Shown piece after piece: positions 26,983-35,704 of a DNA stretch of 40,032 nt. The DNA lies in IMG/VR virus record IMGVR_UViG_3300032295_001971, positions 1-40,032 of that record. One strand, given 5' to 3'. The stretch's first letter is position 1, and every line of letters begins with the position of its first letter. The translations under genes and the position numbers were made by a program. The notes under the pieces were generated by a model. That model was not told the origin of the DNA and ran no database searches. It saw nothing but the letters and a program-made list of their open reading frames with translations. The stretch comes from a virus. Lineage: Duplodnaviria; Caudoviricetes.

Positions 26983-27303
26983 TTAAGTCTTAATTGAATT
27001 CCTTATCAACTTTGGAATATAGGTTAATGCTACAATTATACCAATTACAAACAAAACTATAGCAAATGCTTTAGTATTTACATCAAACATTTCATGTGAC
27101 ATCCAAAAAGTATTTGCTAACAACCAACACAATAAAATTATATTTTGTTTTCTTTCAATTCCGATAGTTGTTATTATTAGTATAATGGATATTAAAACAG
27201 TTGGAATTGCTAGTATTAAACTAACCCAACCAAATCCTAGCATCCAAGCCATATCCTTTAATATCCATAAAGGAAAGTGCATATTATCTAATAATTTCTT
27301 CAT
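26983..27303 (-). CDS. membrane protein
   Basis: HFPLWILKD..W and WLLANTFWM..E; 3-4 TM segments. Confidence 0.7.
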   Translation of the reverse strand: MKKLLDNMHFPLWILKDMAWMLGFGWVSLILAIPTVLISIILIITTIGIERKQNIILLCWLLANTFWMSHEMFDVNTKAFAIVLFVIGIIVALTYIPKLIRNSIKT

Positions 27304-27875
27304 TACTTTTGTTTTAAATCATATCTAACATCAGCTTTAACCTGCTCTAAATATACCAATCTATCATTTTGAGATACAAATGGAACACTCCAAAATTGAC
27401 GTGTTTTAGTTTTGAACCAACCAAATACAAATGAATATACACCCATTATTAATCTCAACTTAACTGAATTCAAATACAATGTAAGTACCGGTAATGCAGG
27501 TGCCCCATGTGTAAGATATGTTCTAACTTTTTTATCACTTAGTAACGGAGTTGGATATCCATACACCTTTGTAACGGGCGTAAACTTATATGCAAAGCCA
27601 GGCGTAAATATCTGGTCAAAAAAAGATTCCAATGCAGGAGTTGTTCTGAACCACCAAACGGGCGAAATAAAATAAATCCTATCAGACCATGTGATAAGAT
27701 TTTTATATTCTGCTACTCTTTCTTTAGTAAACTCAAATGTTATATTTTGTTTATAAAGGTCAATAACATGCACATCCTCTTTATTTTGTTTAAGGGTTTC
27801 TTTAATGGTTTTCATAATACCATTATAACAAAAGCTCCTCCTATCAGGATGAGCTATTACTATCAAATTTTTCAT
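27303..27875 (-). CDS. NAD(P)H-dependent oxidoreductase, flavodoxin-like fold (KefF/MdaB-like)
   Basis: IAHP..SF, IDLY, PVWWF..PA, FDQIFTPGFAY, THGAP. Confidence 0.88.
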   Translation of the reverse strand: MKNLIVIAHPDRRSFCYNGIMKTIKETLKQNKEDVHVIDLYKQNITFEFTKERVAEYKNLITWSDRIYFISPVWWFRTTPALESFFDQIFTPGFAYKFTPVTKVYGYPTPLLSDKKVRTYLTHGAPALPVLTLYLNSVKLRLIMGVYSFVFGWFKTKTRQFWSVPFVSQNDRLVYLEQVKADVRYDLKQK

Positions 27876-27879
27876 AAAC

Positions 27880-28254
27880 TTATTTTATAATTCTATTAAT
27901 ATCATAAGCTTTAACCGATGGTAATCCACTATATTCACAAAATGATTCCTCTCTTTGCTTTCTAAGTTCATCTTTAGCTTCTTCCGAAAAATAGATACCA
28001 TCACTTTCCATATCAGCAATAGTTCTATTAACAGCTTTGTAAATAATTTCCTTATCTTTTTTTGGAACTTTCTCATCTTCAAAAAGTTTAGCTGCCAAAA
28101 CAAATAGGGCATCTCTACCATACTTTTTTTCATTAGGGTTATACTGATAACCCTCCCTACCCATTCTACTAAACTCTCTATACATTGCAATACCAAATAC
28201 AATGAATAGAGTTGCTACGATAGATGTTAGAATGTATATATCTAAATTTTGCAT
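27880..28254 (-). CDS. membrane-anchored hypothetical protein
   Basis: N-terminal TM helix; CEYSGLPS. Confidence 0.65.
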   Translation of the reverse strand: MQNLDIYILTSIVATLFIVFGIAMYREFSRMGREGYQYNPNEKKYGRDALFVLAAKLFEDEKVPKKDKEIIYKAVNRTIADMESDGIYFSEEAKDELRKQREESFCEYSGLPSVKAYDINRIIK

Positions 28255-28431
28255 CTTACTTTTTTGTTTTAGAGTTTACATAATTTAATAAGCCCAAAAT
28301 TGTTGGTGGCCACAATCCAATAAAGATTGCTTTGTTTACGTTACCTTGAATAAGGTAATAGTATTCTGAAATAAAGATTAATACAATTGTGATTGCTAGT
28401 ATAAGCAATTCCGATGTTTTGAAATTTTTCA

Positions 28432-28710
28432 TTATTTTGTTTTAGGAGTTTTAGATTTGCGAGTGGTTTTTTTCTTTGGAATATAATCCAATTCAGTTTC
28501 ACCTGTTTCTTTCGTTGGTTCACTTACACCTCTTACATAATCATACAATGCCAATCCACCCCATACTAATAATAACAACAAAGAAATACCTGCTAAAATA
28601 TTTAATAGTGTATTAGCTGTTGTAAGACCTGGGTAAACTGCAAATGTTAGAATTAAGAAAATTGTAATAACATTGAAGATTTGAGTTTTGTACTGTTTTA
28701 ATTTATCCAT
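28432..28710 (-). CDS. two-TM protein with basic tail
   Basis: 92 aa, 2 TM segments, K-rich C-terminus. Confidence 0.6.
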   Translation of the reverse strand: MDKLKQYKTQIFNVITIFLILTFAVYPGLTTANTLLNILAGISLLLLLVWGGLALYDYVRGVSEPTKETGETELDYIPKKKTTRKSKTPKTK

Positions 28711-28740
28711 TTTATTTTTTATTTAATTATTATTAATTTA

Positions 28741-29142
28741 TTAAGTTCTGAAATGAGCTCCTCCACCATAGTTATATTGTGGTGCGTTTGAACTCCATCC
28801 CTTTGAATGATTACTAAATTGTGGTTGGATTCTATTGTTTACACTCATTTGAGAAGGTTGTCCGATAGCATCCCAATCACTTTCCCATTTTTCTGGCAGA
28901 ACCCCATCTCTTACTTTAATCTCACAAATCGCAGTTGGTCTGAATTCGATTATATCTTTACGATTCACCTTACGAAATATGTTTTTACGATTCTCTTTAT
29001 CAACTTCAATAAAAAGAACTGAACGGGCTTTAACCGAACATACTTTCAGTTGTTTAGTTCCCACTTTACCATTTTGGGAAACATGAACATTAACGATTAA
29101 ACCTTTTACAAATGATTCGGGTAATTCAATTGAGTTTGCCAT
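28741..29142 (-). CDS. hypothetical protein
   Basis: 133 aa directly downstream of a promoter. Confidence 0.7.
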   Translation of the reverse strand: MANSIELPESFVKGLIVNVHVSQNGKVGTKQLKVCSVKARSVLFIEVDKENRKNIFRKVNRKDIIEFRPTAICEIKVRDGVLPEKWESDWDAIGQPSQMSVNNRIQPQFSNHSKGWSSNAPQYNYGGGAHFRT

Positions 29143-29166
29143 ATCTTTATTATTTTTATTACATAG

Positions 29167-29198
29167 TAAAGATCGTAAAAATACTCCAAATTTCCAAA
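29167..29198 (-). promoter_or_regulatory. promoter, GATCTTTA variant
   Basis: TTTG-N20-GATCTTTA-CTATGTAATAA. Confidence 0.7.
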
Positions 29199-29235
29199 TA
29201 ATTAGGAGTATTTTTTTCCATTGATTATCAACGAT

Positions 29236-29373
29236 TTACTCAAAATCTTTTATCTTATCTGGCCACTTTTTCCTCATATATTCAACATAATGGTGTTGTT
29301 TCATCCCATTATAGAACATCCAAGCAAAATAATAATCAAACCACCAGTCTAATTTGCGTAACATTTTTTTCAT
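29236..29373 (-). CDS. 45-aa aromatic-rich protein not in the ORF track
   Basis: Own translation: MKKMLRKLDWWFDYYFAWMFYNGMKQHHYVEYMRKKWPDKIKDFE. Confidence 0.6.
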   Translation of the reverse strand: MKKMLRKLDWWFDYYFAWMFYNGMKQHHYVEYMRKKWPDKIKDFE

Positions 29374-29374
29374 A

Positions 29375-29602
29375 TTAAAAGTGTAGGGTTACATTACTAT
29401 CCTCATCGATTGAGGCATCAACGGTGAATCCGTTATTAAAAATTCTTTGAATTGTAGGATGTGAAATATCCCCATTTGTAATACCTTCGCCAACTATTTG
29501 AGAGAATTCATACATTGTATTTGTTTGAGTATTTTGCAATACAATTCTTTCAGGTTCACCTGCTAATCCAGCATTTACAAGCTTAAGTAATTGAGTTTCC
29601 AT
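29375..29602 (-). CDS. hypothetical protein
   Basis: 75-aa ORF. Confidence 0.6.
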   Translation of the reverse strand: METQLLKLVNAGLAGEPERIVLQNTQTNTMYEFSQIVGEGITNGDISHPTIQRIFNNGFTVDASIDEDSNVTLHF

Positions 29603-29610
29603 ATTTTATT

Positions 29611-29853
29611 TTAATTGTTTTTTTCTATTCTTATCATTATACCAGCACTTCCAGCTGATATACTATAACTATTATATCGGTTATCATTTATCCAACCATA
29701 TTGTTTGAATCGGAATATAATTACATCATTGCCTTCGAATATAGCATGAATTGCGTTTGTGGCATAATCAATAGATGGTTGTGTTATAAATCCCATCTTC
29801 CAACTTTCCCTAAATTCAGGCTCCAATTCGTTTGGTGTGATGTTAATTATCAT
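29611..29853 (-). CDS. hypothetical protein
   Basis: 80-aa ORF. Confidence 0.6.
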   Translation of the reverse strand: MIINITPNELEPEFRESWKMGFITQPSIDYATNAIHAIFEGNDVIIFRFKQYGWINDNRYNSYSISAGSAGIMIRIEKNN

Positions 29854-30460
29854 TTTTTTGTAATTTTTCCAATTGTTCTTCCAATCTTCTTACACTACCC
29901 CATACGATTGAAGCATTCGGGTCTAACTTCTTTATCTCTTCAACCAACTCATTAGATCTTCCTGTTTTATAAAACCTTTCTTCAATGCCATCTGCTAATT
30001 CATTCAAATGAATTGGACCTGATATACTGATTCGTAAATCATAATCACTCCATTTGGTTTTATAATCCCACATTATAATTCCTTTGGTTAATCTTCTACT
30101 CAAATCATGTAAGAATCTATTACGAACTCTTACAATAGAATTATCAGAACCAAATAGATGTAAGAATCTTAGAAACCATCTAGGACACCATTTTGGTTTA
30201 GCTTCATAATCCATAGCAAGAACCAATGGATAAATTGCGTTGAATAAATCACTACCTTCTTTATATGGAACTGCTCCTAAGTAATGATATTTCTCATAAA
30301 AATTTTTAGGAAAGAATACGGCACGGATATGGTCAAAGGTGATATTGATTGTGTGTATAATACCTTTCTTTCTACCTCTCCAAAATAATAGGCTTTGTGC
30401 AAAATCAATTACTTTTTCTTTAAAAGTTCTATTATCTCTCAATGCGAATTTATTTTTCAT
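29843..30460 (-). CDS. hypothetical protein
   Basis: 205-aa ORF. Confidence 0.7.
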   Translation of the reverse strand: MKNKFALRDNRTFKEKVIDFAQSLLFWRGRKKGIIHTINITFDHIRAVFFPKNFYEKYHYLGAVPYKEGSDLFNAIYPLVLAMDYEAKPKWCPRWFLRFLHLFGSDNSIVRVRNRFLHDLSRRLTKGIIMWDYKTKWSDYDLRISISGPIHLNELADGIEERFYKTGRSNELVEEIKKLDPNASIVWGSVRRLEEQLEKLQKNDN

Positions 30461-30471
30461 TTTACAAATTG

Positions 30472-30942
30472 TTAAAAATCAAATCCATTTTTCTTATTCC
30501 AAATCTTATTCAATTCTCTTTTAATTCCTTTAATAAACCACTCTTCATTTTTCATAGCCTTTACAGCTTCAATTACCTCATCTTCGGTAAATTTAACTTT
30601 CAAGTTATCATTAATTTCATCAATATCAAATCCCTCTTCGTGAGCGTTATGTTCAGCCAATGCTGCATCTATATCATCACTTGTCCATTTACCAAAGAAT
30701 TCATCCTCCAAATCTTCCAACGATTCGCCCGGTTGATAGTTCTCAACATACTCTCTGAACTCTTTTGAGTTGTAATAATCTTTAACCATCTGCTCTAACT
30801 TTTCCAGCTCCTCTTCAGTTGGCATATACTCTTCAGTTTCTTTGTAATTAGACATATACTCTACATATTCAAATGCCGATAGTTCAAATGGATTTTCATC
30901 TTCACTACGATTGTTTAACAATTTTTCTTTTAGCTTTCCCAT
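30472..30942 (-). CDS. acidic hypothetical protein
   Basis: 156 aa, very E/D-rich. Confidence 0.7.
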   Translation of the reverse strand: MGKLKEKLLNNRSEDENPFELSAFEYVEYMSNYKETEEYMPTEEELEKLEQMVKDYYNSKEFREYVENYQPGESLEDLEDEFFGKWTSDDIDAALAEHNAHEEGFDIDEINDNLKVKFTEDEVIEAVKAMKNEEWFIKGIKRELNKIWNKKNGFDF

Positions 30943-30953
30943 AAATATTATTT

Positions 30954-31556
30954 TTAGATGTTTTCAGTTTTAAATATCTTTTCCAACTTAGGTGATAATG
31001 AATCATATTTCATATTAAACTTATTACTCATTGCTGCTACTAAGTTCTTATTCTTATATGGTGAATTATTTGGTTTGCTCCACTTTCTCGTTACCAACAT
31101 CCAATTATAAAACTGAACATAAGCATTTGCCTTTTTAACATAGTGCTCCAAATCAACCTTCAAATCAAATTTCTTAATTATCTTAACTGCTCTTTTCTCA
31201 TTATCTAATTCCAAATCTCTGGCAACTCCAATATGAGTTTGTATGTTTCTATGATTTTTACCATCCAACCATTCCCATACTTTACCCAATGATACTTCGG
31301 CTTTTTTCCAAATTGGAACTTGTTCAACCCATTGTGTTAAGTGACAATACTCATGTGCTAATATCTCAATCCAATCAGGTCGATTCATAGCTACAACTAA
31401 TGCAGGCTCCTCTTCATCAAACCAACCACTGCACTTAACGTTACCATCCATCTTAACGTATTTAGTGTTTCTAAGGGAACACTTAACCCCATACTTTTTA
31501 CATTCCGCCTTCACAAATTGGATAAATCCCAATTCTTTTTGTGTGCGTTTTATCAT
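30954..31556 (-). CDS. HExxH zinc metallopeptidase-like protein
   Basis: ILAHEYCHLTQ followed by LELDNE. Confidence 0.7.
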   Translation of the reverse strand: MIKRTQKELGFIQFVKAECKKYGVKCSLRNTKYVKMDGNVKCSGWFDEEEPALVVAMNRPDWIEILAHEYCHLTQWVEQVPIWKKAEVSLGKVWEWLDGKNHRNIQTHIGVARDLELDNEKRAVKIIKKFDLKVDLEHYVKKANAYVQFYNWMLVTRKWSKPNNSPYKNKNLVAAMSNKFNMKYDSLSPKLEKIFKTENI

Positions 31557-31572
31557 AAATTATTTTTACATA

Positions 31573-32052
31573 TTAAAAAATTTGGAATCCGCCACAATTT
31601 CGTAGAAAGACAATAAATTCTTTTATTCTACCTACTGATGTGGAATGTGCTGATTCAACTGCTTCACCAGTTGAAGTTACTACTGATGAATATAAAATTT
31701 GCCCATAGGGATATTGTTCATTAAGCGATTGTTCACGTTCTGAACCAATAAATTGACCTGTTCCAAATTCTACCCATGCTCCTAAGCAAAGATAAACTCT
31801 ATCATCGTTTTCCTTTAGATTAATATCATCACCCAAAAGTTCTTCCAATGCATCTGCCAATCTATCACATTGCTTTTGTGTTCTCAATCCTTTACCATCG
31901 TTTGAACCCCAATGGTCAAAATTAATTTTAAGTTTATTTCTATAAGCTGCAATTTGGCTAAGTGCATTAATAGGTCTCCACCCCCACCAATTCGATGCGA
32001 AATAATCACCCTGTTCTGTCTTTGGATTTCTGCCTGAAATATCAACTCCCAT
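31573..32052 (-). CDS. hypothetical phage protein
   Basis: 159 aa; NWWGWRP, NDG, FLRNCGGF. Confidence 0.7.
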   Translation of the reverse strand: MGVDISGRNPKTEQGDYFASNWWGWRPINALSQIAAYRNKLKINFDHWGSNDGKGLRTQKQCDRLADALEELLGDDINLKENDDRVYLCLGAWVEFGTGQFIGSEREQSLNEQYPYGQILYSSVVTSTGEAVESAHSTSVGRIKEFIVFLRNCGGFQIF

Positions 32053-32055
32053 ATC

Positions 32056-32322
32056 TTATAGTTTTTGAATTTGTAATAATAATTCCGTTACCGCATCTTC
32101 TGTAAGAAATCCTCTTACATCTCCATTGGCAACCGGGTTATCATAGTGAAGTTCATCATCTTTCAAAACTGCTAATTCATATAATCCCGACTTACCACCA
32201 TAAGAAAATGTGTGACTTACTACGGATGCACCATACCCATTATCAAACTGAATTCTCGACTTTTTACCTGGCATAAACAGGTCTGTCATAATTTCAAACT
32301 CCAAATCTTTGAATGTTTTCAT
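32056..32322 (-). CDS. hypothetical phage protein
   Basis: FDNGYGASVV...SYGG..GLYELAVL pattern. Confidence 0.75.
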   Translation of the reverse strand: MKTFKDLEFEIMTDLFMPGKKSRIQFDNGYGASVVSHTFSYGGKSGLYELAVLKDDELHYDNPVANGDVRGFLTEDAVTELLLQIQKL

Positions 32323-32335
32323 ATCTAAAGGTATT

Positions 32336-32566
32336 TTATTTTAATTTATAACTCCATAATGTTCCACAATCATCATCATCGATATCATCTTCAACAACTT
32401 TGATACCAGCTCCAATCAAATCCTGAAGTTTACCGATATTAACTCGTCTCCAATATCCAAATCGAAGGTAAACATCGTTTGAACCTCCCATTACTTGTTT
32501 GATGTCAAAACTTCCAAATTCGGATTCAATTTGCTTCAAACTCTCAATAGTTAAACCATTCATCAT
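32336..32566 (-). CDS. hypothetical protein
   Basis: 76 aa; first gene after a promoter. Confidence 0.65.
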   Translation of the reverse strand: MMNGLTIESLKQIESEFGSFDIKQVMGGSNDVYLRFGYWRRVNIGKLQDLIGAGIKVVEDDIDDDDCGTLWSYKLK

Positions 32567-32589
32567 ATTTTATCTTTTTTATTACATAG

Positions 32590-32621
32590 TAAAGATCTGA
32601 AAAAGATGCGAGATTTCCAAA
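32590..32621 (-). promoter_or_regulatory. promoter, GATCTTTA variant
   Basis: TTTG-N20-GATCTTTA-CTATGTAATAA. Confidence 0.7.
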
Positions 32622-32668
32622 TATTTTGACAAGTTTTTTTAAAAAATAATTGATTGAAAATCAATAGA

Positions 32669-32869
32669 TTACATCTTTTTTTTGATGTCTTTAATTATTT
32701 GGTGCGGTGGAAGGGATGGATTTTCAGATGCGTATTTGATAACCCTTAATATGAACACAGATAGTTCATTTTTCTTATCTAATTTCTTAATCAACTCATT
32801 TAGATTGTCTAAATCTTCGTAGAATTTTCCCATAGATGTATAAATATGAAATGGTTTTAAATTAATCAA
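32669..32869 (-). CDS. hypothetical protein
   Basis: 66-aa ORF; start uncertain. Confidence 0.5.
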   Translation of the reverse strand: MINLKPFHIYTSMGKFYEDLDNLNELIKKLDKKNELSVFILRVIKYASENPSLPPHQIIKDIKKKM

Positions 32870-33194
32870 ACCATTGATTTCGGTTGGTTTTGATGTTTTT
32901 AATACCAGGATCTTTTAACTTAGGGTCACCACCCATTTTATCTGCCGCATTTCGTATGGATTCGTTATAGGCTATATCACCCTCTTTACCAATTTCTTTA
33001 GCCTTCTTAAGTTCCTCAGTAGTTAAATTATCTCCTTTAGTCCAAGCAGCGAAATGTTTAGTCTGATATGAACCCAATGGACGGGTGAATTGTTTTAGAT
33101 ATGCAGCTTTGGAATCAATATACTCAAAAAATGCATCTTCACTTAGGGAAGCTACTTCCGAATCAGTTAGTGGAGTTTGTGGGTCATATTTCAT
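32862..33194 (-). CDS. hypothetical protein
   Basis: 110-aa ORF after a promoter. Confidence 0.65.
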   Translation of the reverse strand: MKYDPQTPLTDSEVASLSEDAFFEYIDSKAAYLKQFTRPLGSYQTKHFAAWTKGDNLTTEELKKAKEIGKEGDIAYNESIRNAADKMGGDPKLKDPGIKNIKTNRNQWFD

Positions 33195-33211
33195 ATCTTA
33201 ACTTTTATACC

Positions 33212-33243
33212 CAAATATACGAAAAGTATTCCAAATTACCAAA
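33212..33243 (-). promoter_or_regulatory. Bacteroidota-type promoter
   Basis: TTTG-N20-TATATTTG. Confidence 0.75.
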
Positions 33244-33265
33244 TTTAATTTGATATTATATTTTT

Positions 33266-33472
33266 TTATAATGTATCTTCTATAACCTCAGCCTCTGGTA
33301 TTATGTTAACCAAATAGTAATATCCGTTATTATCCCTTAGTAGTTTATCAGCATGATATTCTAATAGTATTTCTTCTACAGGAAATGTTTCTACGGCTTT
33401 ACCAAACCAACTATCTACCCTAAAACTTCTTTTTAATTGGTATAATTCGTTATTAAAATTGATTAATTTCAT
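33266..33472 (-). CDS. hypothetical protein
   Basis: 68-aa ORF overlapping the upstream stop (ATGA). Confidence 0.6.
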   Translation of the reverse strand: MKLINFNNELYQLKRSFRVDSWFGKAVETFPVEEILLEYHADKLLRDNNGYYYLVNIIPEAEVIEDTL

Positions 33473-34677
33473 GGGGTTTTATTTCCGGTTAACTGATATG
33501 CATCCCAAAGTTGTTGAATTGCATATTCTATTTTAGATTTTATTTCGTTATCAGATTGTGCTAATGGATGTTCAACACAATGGTCATTTAGATTACACAT
33601 TACAACATGCAATCTATCCATCAACTCCAAATAGTGCCCATCATTTATTTCAGTTGATACTGATGTATTTTCTATTTCTACAAAATTATCATCGGTTAAG
33701 AATCTTTCAAATGTTGCAGTTTTTTCGGATGCTCCCGAAACTATCTCAACAAATATCTTTCTGTATCCGTTGGTATATAAAACAGAAGAACGATGCATTC
33801 CATCACACATTACATATCTACCTTTATACCAAACTGCTTTCATTAACCAATCCCTATCACCGGATTCGAATTCGTTTAATAGGTATTTGATATTCTCTTC
33901 TCTTCTATAAAATAACTTCGGTTGATTCCGATATGTTTCTAAATCTCCATTGATGTAACTAACAACCGGCGATTTACTTATAGGAACGGCTTTAAAACTT
34001 CCATTTAAATATGAATATTCTATTTTCTCCTCATCACCATGTATCATATGATACACATCATTAATATCTACCAACTCAACATTTGGTATATTTTTTAACA
34101 CATAAACAACTCTATATTCTGAATTGTTTCCTTCTACTTTATAAGCTCCAATGATTGGTTTGTTTGTTGTTTCTTGTAAGTAGTTTTCAATGTTACCAAA
34201 ATCTCTTTTGATTCTTTGTAAGTAATCTTGCCCATATGATTTGGTATCATTCAAATCAGGCAATTCAACAAACATATATTCGGATACATCTGATAAACTT
34301 CGTAATATAATATCAGGTTCATCGCACCAATGTAATATACTCATCAATAGTGTATAATCATAATGTTTATCTAAAAATTGATGGATATTATCTCTATTTA
34401 GAGCTATCTTATGTAATTCGATATTATGGGATTCGATTTCTTTTGAGCAGTAATTTAATTGCTCATTATAGACATAATCACTACCTTCTATAGATACTAC
34501 TTTACCACCAGTATTTTCTACAATACGTTTTGAAAAAACTCCTTCGGCAGAACCAACATCAATTGATAGTGTATTGGAATCCCATTTTACAAATCTGGAA
34601 ATAATATCCCATCTATCATCACAATTTCTACCTGCTCCGGAAATGTTTTGGTATCTATAATCTTGTGTGTATTTCAT
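33469..34677 (-). CDS. class I SAM methyltransferase fused to a ParB/Srx-like domain
   Basis: IDVGSAEG, MSILHW, FVELP; later YVMCDGMHRS. Confidence 0.7.
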   Translation of the reverse strand: MKYTQDYRYQNISGAGRNCDDRWDIISRFVKWDSNTLSIDVGSAEGVFSKRIVENTGGKVVSIEGSDYVYNEQLNYCSKEIESHNIELHKIALNRDNIHQFLDKHYDYTLLMSILHWCDEPDIILRSLSDVSEYMFVELPDLNDTKSYGQDYLQRIKRDFGNIENYLQETTNKPIIGAYKVEGNNSEYRVVYVLKNIPNVELVDINDVYHMIHGDEEKIEYSYLNGSFKAVPISKSPVVSYINGDLETYRNQPKLFYRREENIKYLLNEFESGDRDWLMKAVWYKGRYVMCDGMHRSSVLYTNGYRKIFVEIVSGASEKTATFERFLTDDNFVEIENTSVSTEINDGHYLELMDRLHVVMCNLNDHCVEHPLAQSDNEIKSKIEYAIQQLWDAYQLTGNKTP

Positions 34678-34696
34678 TTTAATTATGGGATAAGTG

Positions 34697-34783
34697 CGGA
34701 GGCTCAGGGATTCGAACCCCAGATACCGTTTCCAGTATGACGGTTTTCAAGACCGTTCCATTCAACCACTCTGGCAAGCCTCC
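34697..34783 (-). tRNA. tRNA-Ser(TGA)
   Basis: GGAGGCT acceptor, loop CTTGAAA, long variable arm, GTTCGAATCC. Confidence 0.92.
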
Positions 34784-34802
34784 GTTTGTACTCTAATATA
34801 TA

Positions 34803-35048
34803 TTAGAATACTCTTTTTTCATTATCAGTTTGTCTCCTTCGAGCTTCTTCTGCTTCTCTATAAACTCTAACCCATGTTAAGAATACATCTACAGGCGCTA
34901 ATGCCCAACACATAATTAACATAGCCATTGTATCCAATCCAGGCGTAATTCCCAAACCACCAGAACGAACATCCCTATTCCATTTTCTAAATGACATAAA
35001 TAAACAATATGCCAATGTAATTAAATAGTAAGTTAAAAAAAATCCCAT
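34803..35048 (-). CDS. small membrane protein
   Basis: 81 aa with 2 hydrophobic segments. Confidence 0.6.
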   Translation of the reverse strand: MGFFLTYYLITLAYCLFMSFRKWNRDVRSGGLGITPGLDTMAMLIMCWALAPVDVFLTWVRVYREAEEARRRQTDNEKRVF

Positions 35049-35074
35049 AAAATTTATTTTTTTGTTTTTAAAAG

Positions 35075-35148
35075 TGGACCAGCCTGGGCTCGAACCAGGG
35101 ACCTACTGATTATGAGTCAGGCGCTCTAACCAACTGAGCTACAAGTCC
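35075..35148 (-). tRNA. tRNA with CAT anticodon (probably Ile2, otherwise Met)
   Basis: CTGA-CTCATAA-TCAG anticodon arm, GTTCGAGCC. Confidence 0.88.
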
Positions 35149-35157
35149 AAATAAAGG

Positions 35158-35276
35158 TGCCGGTGGAAGGGTTGTTTACCTTCACGGTGTCCATTTCGGA
35201 GTCACCACCTATCTAGAATACGGGACGTCTAATAACTTCTATTCGAATTCGAAATTATTCATTCCGCCACACCGGC
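35158..35276 (-). ncRNA. atypical tRNA-like RNA (possible CUA anticodon)
   Basis: GCCGGTG/CACCGGC-ACC acceptor, Leu-like GGCGGAA..TAGACG D arm with inserted hairpin, non-canonical T loop. Confidence 0.55.
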
Positions 35277-35285
35277 GTATATTTT

Positions 35286-35636
35286 TTACTTATAATGCTC
35301 CCAATAATAAGACCTTATTGCTGCCCCCAATTCTAAGTTATTAGGATATTTTTCAATAAGGTATTTTGGTATTGTTATAAGTTCTCTTTCATTTCCATTG
35401 GATGTGATACAAACTTCAGGTTCATAACAACCTTGCCCACCACCCTCAACGTATCCAACTCTATAATCAATATGTGTACCAGATGTATATGGTGATTGTT
35501 TTCCACATACTACACAATTATCATAAGTATGTCCATCTTTTTGTGTGGTGTATTCGTATGAACCACCCATATCGTTTCCTACCTTTGTTACTAAACCATC
35601 TTCATTAATTTGAAGTGGTACATGTTGTTCACCCAT
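35286..35636 (-). CDS. hypothetical protein with CxxC motif
   Basis: CVVC...YVEGGGQGC; YPNNLELGAAIR. Confidence 0.65.
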   Translation of the reverse strand: MGEQHVPLQINEDGLVTKVGNDMGGSYEYTTQKDGHTYDNCVVCGKQSPYTSGTHIDYRVGYVEGGGQGCYEPEVCITSNGNERELITIPKYLIEKYPNNLELGAAIRSYYWEHYK

Positions 35637-35672
35637 AGTGATTATTTTTATTAGTGGTAAAATTTAATTATT

Positions 35673-35704
35673 CAAATATACGAATTTATTTTGAATTATC
35701 CAAA
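35673..35704 (-). promoter_or_regulatory. Bacteroidota-type promoter
   Basis: TTTG-N20-TATATTTG. Confidence 0.72.

Noticed and set aside
6041-28523. Alternate-frame minus ORFs 6041..6223, 10650..10847, 27885..28202 and 28341..28523
   Set aside because: They are nested in or overlap better-supported genes and have no independent support
28432-28710. Holin
   Set aside because: Topology is compatible, but there is no adjacent endolysin or family motif
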